Shown here: piece by piece, positions 16,242 through 25,124 of the stretch
Layout: every line of letters begins with the position of its first letter
Position numbering within the stretch: the stretch's first letter is position 1
IMG/VR virus record: IMGVR_UViG_3300037419_001000
Location: 1 to 39,791 of that record
Reading direction: 5' to 3' (one strand)
Length of the DNA: 39,791 bases
Origin: a virus
Taxonomy: Duplodnaviria > Caudoviricetes
Made by a program: the position numbers and the translations under genes
The notes under the pieces: generated by a model
Databases searched by the model: none
Seen by the model: only the letters and a program-made list of their open reading frames with translations
What the model was told of the DNA's origin: nothing

Positions 16242-16609
16242 AGACCCCCCGCGGAAGAGAGATTCTTGCTGACGTACTGGCGGACGCTCGGCGGGACATG
16301 GCTGAGCCAGTCATCGCCGTATTTGGCGAGTGCGCGGTCCATCGCCCCCGGGCCCATGTTATAGGCCGCCCACATGCGGGCGAGGTTGCCCCCGTAGCGC
16401 TGATGGAGCGCGCGGAGGTATTCGCTGCCGACGCGATCATACTCCGCAGCGGAGTCCGCCTTGGCCGGAGCGACGCCGAAGCCTGGATCGCGCGCGGTGT
16501 CCGGCATGACCTGCATCGCGTATTTCGCGCCCTTGGGCGACGTGACGGGAGCGCCGGAAGGAGTGAAATCGCGCCCAGCGCTTTCGCTTTGCGCGGTGAT
16601 ACCCTCAAG
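16238..16609 (-). CDS. Lytic transglycosylase (SLT/GH23) domain, probably expressed as a +1 frameshift extension of the upstream ejection protein
   Basis: Frame reads LEGITAQSESAGR...SPKGAKYAMQVMPDTA...YL..L...YGGN...AAYNMGPG. The catalytic ES motif (GAA 16583-16585) lies upstream of the first ATG (16516). Confidence 0.8.
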   Translation of the reverse strand, partial: LEGITAQSESAGRDFTPSGAPVTSPKGAKYAMQVMPDTARDPGFGVAPAKADSAAEYDRVGSEYLRALHQRYGGNLARMWAAYNMGPGAMDRALAKYGDDWLSHVPPSVRQYVSKNLSSAGGL

Positions 16610-17327
16610 GAAAGTTGCCAGACGGAGCGACCGTCTGACCTCCGGGTTTCACGCGCGTCTTGCCGTCCGGCGTCGTATATTGCGCGCCTGGCGGGATGGC
16701 GTCGTAGCTCTTCTGGTCGGTGACGTGGGGCAACGCCGCCGGAGCTGCTTCGCCCCCTCCGTCCTCCTCGAACGTGCCGCCGCCCGGCGGGTGAAGGATG
16801 CGGAGGAAATCGCCGAAGCTGAGCTTGCCGCCGGTGCTCTGATAGTAGCGATAGTCCTTGATACTGCCGGTGTCGTTGCCGCCGGTCAGCTTGTCGCGGA
16901 GAATGGCCTTCCCCTCGTCTGAGGTTGGGTCGATGCCCGCGGCAAGCATCTCGCGGATGAGTTCCGGGTCTTCGGGATGCCGGATTTTGTAGAGCGCCGC
17001 GCCAACCTCGGGATTGGCCGCGATGATCGGCGCCAGCGTCTGGTCAGCGCCGAGGAAAGACGACAATGCCGAGCTCAGCTGCTGCTGCTGGGCGCGCTGA
17101 TAATGCATCGGCGCCATGCCGTGCGAGATGAGCAGCGCGTCACCGATACGGTCGAGAATGCCGCCGAGGCCATGCCCATACCCGCCCTGAGCCTGTGCCT
17201 GCGGGACCGGCGCCGAGGGCAGGTTGAATTGCGCTCCGTAGCCGGGCCGAGCGGCGGCAAAGCCGAGATCGTTGGTCGGCTGCGGCTGCTGCGGTTGCAA
17301 CATCCCGAGGAAATCGGCGAGGGCCAT
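16605..17327 (-). CDS. Internal virion / ejection protein
   Basis: 240 aa, Gln/Gly-rich, GILDRIGDALL, C-terminal YDAIPPGAQYTTPDGKTRVK; in the ejection-gene block. Confidence 0.75.
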   Translation of the reverse strand: MALADFLGMLQPQQPQPTNDLGFAAARPGYGAQFNLPSAPVPQAQAQGGYGHGLGGILDRIGDALLISHGMAPMHYQRAQQQQLSSALSSFLGADQTLAPIIAANPEVGAALYKIRHPEDPELIREMLAAGIDPTSDEGKAILRDKLTGGNDTGSIKDYRYYQSTGGKLSFGDFLRILHPPGGGTFEEDGGGEAAPAALPHVTDQKSYDAIPPGAQYTTPDGKTRVKPGGQTVAPSGNFP

Positions 17328-17603
17328 CTAGCGCCCCGTCAGAAGATCGGGAAACAGCATCGCCAGCAGGTGGCCCATGCCGATCGGCTGCGCGTTCATC
17401 GCTGAAAGGCCCGAGCCGGTCGGCTTCGACCAGCCCAAGCCGAGGCCCCGGCCGCCGCCGCCACCGGCGCCATGCTGCGGTATGTTGAAGCCCTGCGAAA
17501 ACGCCGGGTTCATCTGACCGAAGTTGAGATTGCCCCCGAACTGCCCAGGCTGCGCCGCCCCACCGCTTGGCTGGAACATGGCGAGAAGCTGCGAATAGTC
17601 CAT
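17328..17603 (-). CDS. Small Gly-rich internal virion protein
   Basis: ATG 17603 overlaps the upstream TGA; MDYSQLLAMFQPSGG..., 91 aa. Confidence 0.65.
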   Translation of the reverse strand: MDYSQLLAMFQPSGGAAQPGQFGGNLNFGQMNPAFSQGFNIPQHGAGGGGGRGLGLGWSKPTGSGLSAMNAQPIGMGHLLAMLFPDLLTGR

Positions 17604-18079
17604 CAGAGGAACGCCCCGAGAAATGCCCCGAGGTTGCCGGTGCTCTCGCTGCCCTTGCCCTTGCTGTATTGGCCGGCGTCGGTGACGAGCGAGCCTCCGC
17701 CGAGGCCGAGCTTGCCGATGCCGAAGAGGTTCTGGAGGTATTCGTTGAGCTTCGTCGAGGCGAGGTCCGAACGATACTGCTCCATCGCCTTTGCAGCCGC
17801 GCCGGACTTGTAGAGGCCCTGGCTCGCGAACTTGGAGGTCAGCGCGTCGAGGCCCTGGTTGAGCTGGAACTGGCCGCCCGACGAGTTCCACCAGTTATCG
17901 AGCGCGGCTTTCGACTTCGCCGAGTCGCCGGAAAGGATGTCCATGAGCGAGCCGAGGCCGCTGTTGTAGGCGTCGGCGCTCGATGATCCGAAGCTTTGCT
18001 GCGCCCACGGATAAGCCTGGTTGCCGCTCTTGCTGCTAGAGCTGGACCCGCCGAAAAGTGTTTGAATTACCCCGCTCAA
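17603..18079 (-). CDS. P22 gp7-like DNA transfer / ejection protein
   Basis: LFGGSSSS N-terminus, GQFQLNQGLDAL...ASQGLYKSGAAAKAMEQY; AGGAGG SD. Confidence 0.75.
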   Translation of the reverse strand: MSGVIQTLFGGSSSSSKSGNQAYPWAQQSFGSSSADAYNSGLGSLMDILSGDSAKSKAALDNWWNSSGGQFQLNQGLDALTSKFASQGLYKSGAAAKAMEQYRSDLASTKLNEYLQNLFGIGKLGLGGGSLVTDAGQYSKGKGSESTGNLGAFLGAFL

Positions 18080-18134
18080 GCAAGAGCCTCCTGATGATGG
18101 AAGGCGCTCAAGCCGGGGCGAGCGGAGACGGCTG

Positions 18135-18596
18135 TTATGCCACCATCCGGTCCTCTTGGGGGTGTGCGTTGTTGAGCGCCGACAGGATCACGTTTTCGCC
18201 CTGCGCGTCGACGCCGCGGCCGTAGGGGACGAAGCCGAGCAGTCTGGCGAACAGCAGGGCATGGGGGAAGCGCTCGGGCGTCTCGCCGAGGATCCGCGTT
18301 GCCCCGTAGGCGAACGCTTGGTCCAGCATCGCCTGCGCCGTCTCGAGCGCAATCTTGCCCCGGCTCCTGAAGAGGACATGCGCGACGAGCGGTCCCGGCC
18401 ATTCATCGCCGGCCTCGAACAGGCCGAGATCGTCGTTCTGCCGGAGCGCAAAATGGCGCGGGTCCGCGAGCCATGCCGCAGCGTCCGCACCGTTCATGAA
18501 ACCCGCCGGGGCGTTCTGTTCGATCAGCCGCGCGAGCTCGTCAGGATCGCTGAGCAGGTTCAAGGCGCTCGATCTCCTTCCGGATGTCGGCGACAT
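18135..18596 (-). CDS. P22 gp14/DUF2824-like GNAT-fold virion assembly protein
   Basis: AHVLFRSRGKIALETAQAMLDQAF...ALLFARLLGFVPYG; between the tail-fibre and ejection genes. The true start may be the TTG about 11 codons in. Confidence 0.7.
   Translation of the reverse strand: MSPTSGRRSSALNLLSDPDELARLIEQNAPAGFMNGADAAAWLADPRHFALRQNDDLGLFEAGDEWPGPLVAHVLFRSRGKIALETAQAMLDQAFAYGATRILGETPERFPHALLFARLLGFVPYGRGVDAQGENVILSALNNAHPQEDRMVA
18160..18173 (-). promoter_or_regulatory. Late-promoter box copy A (AACAACGCACACCC-N20-CATAAC)
   Basis: 14-bp exact match to 27187 and 35389; upstream of the ejection-protein block. Confidence 0.75.
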
Positions 18597-18681
18597 TCTG
18601 CGCGTATCCCTGGATCGCCTTGCCCTCCGCGTCGGTGCGGGCGGCGAGCATCGTCTTCAGTTTTTCAAGTCGGCTCATCAT
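18541..18681 (-). CDS. Small hypothetical protein
   Basis: AAGGAG SD; MMSRLEKLKTMLAARTDAEGKAIQGYAQNVADIRKEIERLE. Confidence 0.65.
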   Translation of the reverse strand: MMSRLEKLKTMLAARTDAEGKAIQGYAQNVADIRKEIERLEPAQRS

Positions 18682-18700
18682 GGGACGCGGCTCCTTCTGC

Positions 18701-20818
18701 CTATGCCCTTGGGCGAAGCATGAACGAATAATGGTCCATCGTGATCGTGTCGGCGGCATTTGCCAGCTGCATCGTGACGATGGCCGTCACGTTGGCGGTC
18801 GTGTCGATCGTTATATTCTGGCCGGACGCGCTGTTGCCAGCAGCATGAGGCCCGATGTTGAGGGCCGACAGGAAGCTCTGGCGACCGGCGTGGCCCCGGT
18901 TATAGACCGAGCAGCCCACTTTCGTTGAGGCGGTCGTGGTGACGTTGTTGCCGCCGGCCACCACCGTGCCGCCGAACTTGATCCTTGGCGTCTTGTTGTT
19001 GGCGCTGTTCGTGTAGGTGAAAAGCGCCTCCGCGCGGAACACGCCGTTTGCGCCCATTGAGTTTGCCGGAATCGAGACGGAAATCGCCGTGATCTCGGTC
19101 ACCACTTGGGTGAACCCGCCCGGCCCCGTCGTGGAGAATGCCGTTGGGCTGCCCGGAATCGTCGGGTCAGTGCCGGGAGTATAGGTGTTGTTGTAAATCG
19201 TCGCTGCGGTGGCCGAAGAGAACACCGCATAATAGAAACCCGCTGCCGAACCCGCAGAGATCGCATTGGCCGGGAGATAGACATAGGCGCTCGGATGCGT
19301 GGTGACGACGGACGCCACGCCGGACATCGCGCCGTTGTTGCCCATCGTGCCGCTCGAGACGATGATGAGCGGAAGACCGCATTGGCCGATGACATATTCG
19401 GCCTGCAGGTTCTTGATCGCCGTGTTGAGCGAGGCAACGTCGGAGAGGTTGTTCGACGTCTGGCAAAAATCGCCAGCGGGGTGAGTGGCCGCAGTATCCA
19501 GCCCAAGGTTGGCCCGGGCAGTGCTCGCCGTAACATCCGAGAGATTGTTGGCGGTCTGGCAGAAGTCGCCTGCCGCGTGCGTCGCCGACGTTCCCAGGCC
19601 TAGGTTGGTCCTGGCAGCAGAGGCTGTGGACGCGCCTGTGCCGCCGTCAGCCACAGTAAGATCGGTGATGCCCGTAATCGTGCCGCCAGAGATGCTGACG
19701 CTGCCGCTGTCCTGCGTCGCAATGGTGCCGAGTCCGAGGTTGGTCCGCGCCGTGGAGGCGCTGGCAAGATCGGAGAGGTTGTTCGCCGCAAGCAGCGCGC
19801 CAGTGAGGTTGTGTTCGAGGACGAACCAGCTACTTCCGACCGAAGCTTCCGTGCCTCCGGCATTGTCGGCCTTGGCGACAACGACATCTCCGACATCGAC
19901 GCTCTTGCCAGAAGCGCCGCCAACCTTGCCCGCGCCACTGACCGAATACGCGTCGCCCTTCGATGCCGCCGGATAATTTGGGTTCGCCGAGCAATCGAGG
20001 TCGCCCTTAAAGTCGAGCAGCCCGACTACGGCGGTATCGACGTATGCCTTGACCGCCTTTTGCGTGGCGATGCGCGCGTCGCTGTTGGCCGAGAGCAGCG
20101 TGTCAGTGTCGGATGCGAGCGTCGCCACGGTGCCGAGTCCGGATACGTCCCCCGTCGCGATCGCCAAGAACGTCTTGGCTTGGGCAGCCGTCAGGTCGGT
20201 GACGTTCCCCGCGCCCGTTGCACCGAGGATCGTCGCGTTGGCGGCTGCAGCGAGCATCCCCCGCGTAACCTTGTTCGCGCCGATGGTGACGACGAGAGTG
20301 CCGCTGGTCGAAACGTCGCCCGACAAATCGCCATTCGTGATCGCCGTGGCGCCGGAGAATTTCGCGAGATTGCCGCTGGCAGGACTTCCCGACGTGGTGA
20401 CGGTGCCGCCGCTGCCGCCGGACCCGCTCGAGGCCGCCGTGATGCGTCCCTGTGCGTCGACGGTGAGATCGGTGTTGGTGTAGCTGCCGGCAACAACGGT
20501 AGTGTTGGTCAGGCCCACGGTATCGGACCCGACCGAGATCCCGGTTCCGGCGCCGACATTCAGCGTCCGGTCGGCTGACAGGTCGCCGCCGCCGGTCAGG
20601 CCCGCCCCGGCAATGATCTGGCGCGTGACGTCGGCCTTGGAGTCGAGCCCGGTCAGCGCCTCGTCGGCCGAGGACTGCGCGGCGTTGGCGGAACTGATCG
20701 TTGCGACAAGGCTGGCAACCGCGTCGTTGAACCAGCGGATGAAGGCGGGTGTCGGGCCGCCGCTCTGGTCGACGATCTTGACGCCGGTGCGAAGCGGCGG
20801 GACCGGGCTCGCGCTCAT
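18701..20818 (-). CDS. Tail fibre / tail needle-type protein
   Basis: Start ATG 20818 (ATGA overlap). IVDQSGGPTPAFIRWF anchor, AGAGLTGGGDLSADRTL, VDAQGRITAA, repeated NNLSD..A.TAR.NLGLGT, beta-rich C-terminal domain. Confidence 0.85.
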   Translation of the reverse strand: MSASPVPPLRTGVKIVDQSGGPTPAFIRWFNDAVASLVATISSANAAQSSADEALTGLDSKADVTRQIIAGAGLTGGGDLSADRTLNVGAGTGISVGSDTVGLTNTTVVAGSYTNTDLTVDAQGRITAASSGSGGSGGTVTTSGSPASGNLAKFSGATAITNGDLSGDVSTSGTLVVTIGANKVTRGMLAAAANATILGATGAGNVTDLTAAQAKTFLAIATGDVSGLGTVATLASDTDTLLSANSDARIATQKAVKAYVDTAVVGLLDFKGDLDCSANPNYPAASKGDAYSVSGAGKVGGASGKSVDVGDVVVAKADNAGGTEASVGSSWFVLEHNLTGALLAANNLSDLASASTARTNLGLGTIATQDSGSVSISGGTITGITDLTVADGGTGASTASAARTNLGLGTSATHAAGDFCQTANNLSDVTASTARANLGLDTAATHPAGDFCQTSNNLSDVASLNTAIKNLQAEYVIGQCGLPLIIVSSGTMGNNGAMSGVASVVTTHPSAYVYLPANAISAGSAAGFYYAVFSSATAATIYNNTYTPGTDPTIPGSPTAFSTTGPGGFTQVVTEITAISVSIPANSMGANGVFRAEALFTYTNSANNKTPRIKFGGTVVAGGNNVTTTASTKVGCSVYNRGHAGRQSFLSALNIGPHAAGNSASGQNITIDTTANVTAIVTMQLANAADTITMDHYSFMLRPRA

Positions 20819-22485
20819 CGCGCGTCCGCGCGGCCGATCCTGACCGTCGCCCCGTCGTCGGTGAGCTTGAAGATGCGTCCCGGCTGCCGCATCAGGCCCA
20901 GCGCCCGCCACTCGACGACCTGGCTAAAAGAGCCTGCGGCCAGCGTCACAGACCCGTGGCTCAGCCAATTTTGCCCGAAATCGTCCGAAGTTTCGAGCGT
21001 GATCGCGGCGCCGGACTGCGAAGGCGAGCCGAGGGCGCAGGTCAGCTGGAAGGCTCCGCATGGCTTCGTGTCGCGCCCGGAGAGCGCGATCGCGCCGGTG
21101 ACGGTGCGGGTGAACGCCGCATCGCCTGTGCCCGTGTCGTCATCGCGCCCGGAGGTCGGATCGAGGCGGTAGAGGACGCCCTCGGTGTCGTCGCCGCAGA
21201 CGACATCGGTGCCGCCGTCGGCGAGCGTTCCCGCCATGCCCTGCCAGTTCTGCCCGCAGTGCGGCCGCCAGTAGGCGAGGTCAGGGTTGCTCCACTGGCT
21301 CCATTGCTGCGTCGTGAGGTCGAAAACGAGGGTCGCTGACTCGCCGAGCCGGAGGACGTAGAAGTCGTGCCCGTCGAGCGAAAACCCCCATGCGCGGGAG
21401 GTCGTTACACCGGGGCCCGGCGGCGGTTCGTCTCCGAAATAGCGAATGACCGAGTAAAGGTCGAAGGTGTCCGGATCCTGATACTCGGTGTAAAATGCGT
21501 CGTAGGATGGGAAATAGGCGAAAGGCACGCTCTGCGTCGTGTCGGGCGTGTCGCCCACGCCAACCCAATCGCTGAGCAAGTGGCTGTCGAGCGTGGTGAG
21601 ATCGGCGGCGTTGATCTTCTCGACGCCCTGGAAGTCGTTGTTCGGGTCGCCGTTGATCGCCGCCGGTATCCAGAACGAGGTCAGGCCCGGTCGGATGTCG
21701 TCGAGAGTGAAGTTCGCGACGCTCGAGCTTCCCGCCGGGTCGCCGCCATAGTCGCGGCTCGTAATCACGGAGAAGTCGTCGGTGCTAAGCAGGGCCAGCA
21801 CCTGGTTGTTGCCGAGCGAGACGACCCATCCGGAATCCGTGTGCGTCGCGCTCACTCCCGGATCGGCGGTGATGCCCAGCGTGACCTCGGAATAATCCGG
21901 AGCGATCGAGCCCGATCCGAAGTCGACGACACGCCACGCCTTGAAGGTCGTGCCGTCCCAGGAGAAGCCCCAAATGTCCCCGTAGAGGTCCTGGTCGAAC
22001 GGGCCTTGCGAGATGAACGGCGAGTTGACCGACGTGAACTCGTCGTAAGTGTCGAGGCTCGGGTTGTAGACGTAGACCCGCTGGTCGGTGAGCAGGGTGG
22101 CGCCGTCATTGCTGCCGAAACAGACGCGCCTGCTCCCGTCCACGGGGGAAATGAACAGGGTCATGTTTCCCATGCCGCCCTGCGCGCCGTTGAAGAAGCG
22201 GAGGAGCGAGATGTCCGAAGCGCCGAAGCTGCTGGTTTTGACGAAGTTGGGAGTCGAATTTCCGTCCAGCGAGTAAATGGTCCCGTCGTCGTCGATCACC
22301 GAAGCGTCGAGCTGGTCGAAATCTAGCGCGTTCGAGGGCGTGTTGTAGGTGTAAGTCGGCCCCGCCATGTCGAGGATGGAGAAGGGGCTTTGCGGCGGAA
22401 TGACCCGATAGCGGCCGTTGGGCGACGTATAGGCAAGCGTCGCGAAGAACTCGTTGGTCAGCTGCTTGTCGAAGGTCAGGGCCAT
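20815..22485 (-). CDS. gp10-like tail hub C-terminal half fused behind a roughly 360-aa acidic beta-rich domain
   Basis: RAWGFSLDGHDFYVLRL..TLVFDLTTQQWSQW...SDDFGQNW...VEWRALG is the C-terminal part of the P22 gp10/Phage_stabilise family; PPPGPG linker precedes it. Confidence 0.8.
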   Translation of the reverse strand: MALTFDKQLTNEFFATLAYTSPNGRYRVIPPQSPFSILDMAGPTYTYNTPSNALDFDQLDASVIDDDGTIYSLDGNSTPNFVKTSSFGASDISLLRFFNGAQGGMGNMTLFISPVDGSRRVCFGSNDGATLLTDQRVYVYNPSLDTYDEFTSVNSPFISQGPFDQDLYGDIWGFSWDGTTFKAWRVVDFGSGSIAPDYSEVTLGITADPGVSATHTDSGWVVSLGNNQVLALLSTDDFSVITSRDYGGDPAGSSSVANFTLDDIRPGLTSFWIPAAINGDPNNDFQGVEKINAADLTTLDSHLLSDWVGVGDTPDTTQSVPFAYFPSYDAFYTEYQDPDTFDLYSVIRYFGDEPPPGPGVTTSRAWGFSLDGHDFYVLRLGESATLVFDLTTQQWSQWSNPDLAYWRPHCGQNWQGMAGTLADGGTDVVCGDDTEGVLYRLDPTSGRDDDTGTGDAAFTRTVTGAIALSGRDTKPCGAFQLTCALGSPSQSGAAITLETSDDFGQNWLSHGSVTLAAGSFSQVVEWRALGLMRQPGRIFKLTDDGATVRIGRADAR

Positions 22486-22486
22486 G

Positions 22487-23719
22487 TCAGGCCGCCCTGT
22501 CGGCGTTGATCGCTTCGCGGATACGCTGCGCGATCCCCGGCGTCGAAACGAGCCGCGGGGCGTCCGTCACCTGCCACACGCTGCCGGTCGAATCGACCAG
22601 CATCATGCTCTCGCCGATCCGGAACACGGTTCCCGGCCATGCGCCGCGCTCGAACAAACGGCCCTGCTGGCGAAGGAACGGGATCAGCGGATCGCCCGCC
22701 GGATACCAGACCTCGATCGAATCCTGCCCGGGGAACCACACCTGGTCGCCGGCCACGATCGCGTCAGTCGTCGAATCTGGTGAGCGTTCGTTCGTCGCGT
22801 AATTCAGCGGGTCGATGGTCGTCTCGCCCGGCTCGATCCAGTAGAAGCGGCCGTTCTTATCCTGGCCCGCCGCGACGACGCAGATGACATATTGCGCTAT
22901 CGAAGCGACCGAAACGATGCCGTCGTTGTCCGGGACCGCCACCGAGGCGAAGGACGAGCCGCCGCCGCCCGACATGGTGGAGCCGCCCCACGAGCCATTG
23001 ACGAGGGTTTCCGTGGTAGTGACCGAATTGCCGCCTGTTCCCGGGTCGATCGCGCGAGCGACCAATACGGTGGCGGTTACGCTGACGGCGGCGGCATCGG
23101 GATTGCCGGTCAAGGTCGAGTTGTAGTCGGTCCCGGCGACGCCGGTGTTGCCGATCGCGTCGAAAAGATGCTGCAGCGCCTGCGAGGCTGAGCCGCCGAG
23201 CGCGACCAGCCACGGGTTGGCGCTCGTCCCGTCCGGCGTCCCGGTGGTCACATCGGCCGCGAATTCATAATGGACCGTGCCGATGACCACAGTCTCGCCG
23301 GCCGAAATCGCCCCGGAGACGGTCAGCGTCCCCTTGGCGTAGTCGTTGGTCGTGTAATATTTGAGCGAGTCACCATCGGCGACGAACAGGTAAGTGTCCG
23401 TAGCCGCGAGGCTGACGCCGCCCGTCGAGGTTCCGAGCGTCCCGATGGTCGTCTCGGTCTCGTCGGGGTCGATCCGGTAGAGCGTGTTGCCGGAAACGAC
23501 GAACTCAGCTTCGTCGAACGCGCCTGGCTGCGAATAGGACTGCCGTATCGGGCCCGAGCCGATCGTTTTCCATCGCTTGAGGCCTGGGCGCGTCAGCAGC
23601 GCCACTTCGACGTCGAGGTTCGTCGGATCCTGCTCGAAGTAACGGTTGCCGAGCGCGATGTCGGGCTCCTGGGCGACCGACCGCGACCAATCCGTGATCC
23701 CGAGCTTCACCCTCACCAA
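22487..23719 (-). CDS. gp10-like tail hub N-terminal half with an inserted domain
   Basis: NRYFEQ..LLTRPGLK..GPIR..FVVSGNTLY, DPLNYATNERSPD, SIEVWY..PFLRQQG..ERG, VSTPGI. Confidence 0.85.
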   Translation of the reverse strand: MVRVKLGITDWSRSVAQEPDIALGNRYFEQDPTNLDVEVALLTRPGLKRWKTIGSGPIRQSYSQPGAFDEAEFVVSGNTLYRIDPDETETTIGTLGTSTGGVSLAATDTYLFVADGDSLKYYTTNDYAKGTLTVSGAISAGETVVIGTVHYEFAADVTTGTPDGTSANPWLVALGGSASQALQHLFDAIGNTGVAGTDYNSTLTGNPDAAAVSVTATVLVARAIDPGTGGNSVTTTETLVNGSWGGSTMSGGGGSSFASVAVPDNDGIVSVASIAQYVICVVAAGQDKNGRFYWIEPGETTIDPLNYATNERSPDSTTDAIVAGDQVWFPGQDSIEVWYPAGDPLIPFLRQQGRLFERGAWPGTVFRIGESMMLVDSTGSVWQVTDAPRLVSTPGIAQRIREAINADRAA

Positions 23720-24423
23720 AACGGGGTGCTCCCGTTGCTGTAGGGCTGCGTCAGGCTGCCGCGCCGCGGCAGCGTGTCCATTTCCTGCACGCGCCGCCTG
23801 CGCCGGTAACGGGCGCGTAGCTTGGCAAGCGAGCGGTTCATCGCGGCTGCGATCTCAGGAGTGGTCTGCTCGCTGTTCTGCGGGTTGAGCTCGATCGCCA
23901 GCGCGTTGATGAAATAGGGGTCGAACTCTTCGGGGAACGGCATCGTGTCGGACGAGGCGAGGCTCGCGATCTTCACCCAATTGCCGGTGTCGGCGCGGTA
24001 CATCCACTGCCGCACCGTGCCGTTGGTGGAGAGCGTGAGGGTGGCCGCGCCCTCGATCTGGCGCCCGTTGCCATTCAGCGTGAGGTTGTGGGCGGTGAGG
24101 GTGTTGCCGGGATCGGCAAGCGCGAGGCGCTGCCCCTCGTAAGGCCGGGGATGGAGGTACAGCGTCGTTGCGGCCGAGAGGCTGCTAAGGACAATGCGCG
24201 CGTCCGCTGGCACCCATTGGGTCGTCAGCGCCCGCTGGTCGAACTGGCCGCCGATGGTGAGGTCCCTAAGCTCGGAACCGGCTTCGTTCCCAAGCGCGGA
24301 AAGGATGATCGGATTGAGCAGCGCAAGCGCCTCGGCTTGCTCGGTCGAGTCCGGCGAGGAGACCTTGGCGACGGTGTTCTGCCGCCGGTACGCTCGCGAG
24401 ATGATCTGGCTGGCGAGCGTCAT
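23713..24423 (-). CDS. P22 gp4-like head-tail adaptor with an internal beta domain
   Basis: IISRAYRR...EALALLN N-terminus; FPEEFDPYFINALAIELNPQ C-terminal motif. Confidence 0.8.
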   Translation of the reverse strand: MTLASQIISRAYRRQNTVAKVSSPDSTEQAEALALLNPIILSALGNEAGSELRDLTIGGQFDQRALTTQWVPADARIVLSSLSAATTLYLHPRPYEGQRLALADPGNTLTAHNLTLNGNGRQIEGAATLTLSTNGTVRQWMYRADTGNWVKIASLASSDTMPFPEEFDPYFINALAIELNPQNSEQTTPEIAAAMNRSLAKLRARYRRRRRVQEMDTLPRRGSLTQPYSNGSTPFW

Positions 24424-24441
24424 GGCCCGGCGTCCTTTTCG

Positions 24442-24654
24442 CTACTTCTTCTTGCCCTTGCCGAGGACGCGATTGGCCTTGGCGTCGATCTTCGCCGCCT
24501 GCGCCTTGCTCATCCGGCCTGCGTTGACCGCCTGCGTCGCGCGGGCCTTGGCGTTGGCCGCGTGGCTTCGATCCGGCACCGGAAAGCTGCGGTTCGGGCC
24601 CGCGAACTTGCTGGCCGGAAGCGCCTTCCTCGCCCTGCTCGAGAGCTTCGCCAT
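24442..24654 (-). CDS. Small basic phage protein (DUF6582-like)
   Basis: RKALPASKFAGPNRSFPVPDRSHAANAKAR motif, very Lys/Arg-rich. Confidence 0.75.
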   Translation of the reverse strand: MAKLSSRARKALPASKFAGPNRSFPVPDRSHAANAKARATQAVNAGRMSKAQAAKIDAKANRVLGKGKKK

Positions 24655-25124
24655 CACTTCCGCTCCAGCTTGTCGATCGCGGCCTGGAGCTGCTTCACAG
24701 TGGCCTTCGGAGACGGCATCTTGCCGGTCAGGGCCTTGTGACGCTCGCGCAGCGCCTGAAGCTCGCTCTTGGGCTTGGCGCCGGCCTTATCCGCGACCTC
24801 GCGGGACGATTTGAGCAGGGTCCACAGCGTCGATGCGCTGGTCATCGGGTTGAACGGCACGCCGAGGCGCTGCAGATCCTTCATGATGACCGCCTTGTCG
24901 GGACGCCGCGGCTCGACTTCGGCTTTAGCTGGATCGGTGGCGCCCGAAACCTTCGACGGATGGTCGTGCCAGCCCTTGGGCACGTCGGCCGCGCACTGGA
25001 AGACGCCCTTCTGCCCGCTGGGGCCGTAGCGGAACGAGGGAAAGCCCTTCTCGACGTCCCCCGCTTCCGGCGCCTGGAACTCCTGCGACGGCGCTGGCGC
25101 TTCCCTGCCGAACTCGTCTGCCAT
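24654..25124 (-). CDS. Hypothetical head-associated protein
   Basis: ATG 25124 (TGATG); FPSFRYGPSG..VF...DVPKGWHDHP motif followed by short helical (LEM/SAP-like) segments. Confidence 0.7.
   Translation of the reverse strand: MADEFGREAPAPSQEFQAPEAGDVEKGFPSFRYGPSGQKGVFQCAADVPKGWHDHPSKVSGATDPAKAEVEPRRPDKAVIMKDLQRLGVPFNPMTSASTLWTLLKSSREVADKAGAKPKSELQALRERHKALTGKMPSPKATVKQLQAAIDKLERK

Noticed and set aside
16225-16608. TTG-start 127-aa ORF overlapping the ejection gene stop
   Set aside because: Arg/Ser/Pro-rich with no motifs; the transglycosylase motifs are in a different frame.
22480-22495. +1 frameshift joining the two gp10 halves at GCC-TGA-C-ATG
   Set aside because: GCC-to-CCT re-pairing is poor and an ATG directly follows, so coupled reinitiation is simpler.
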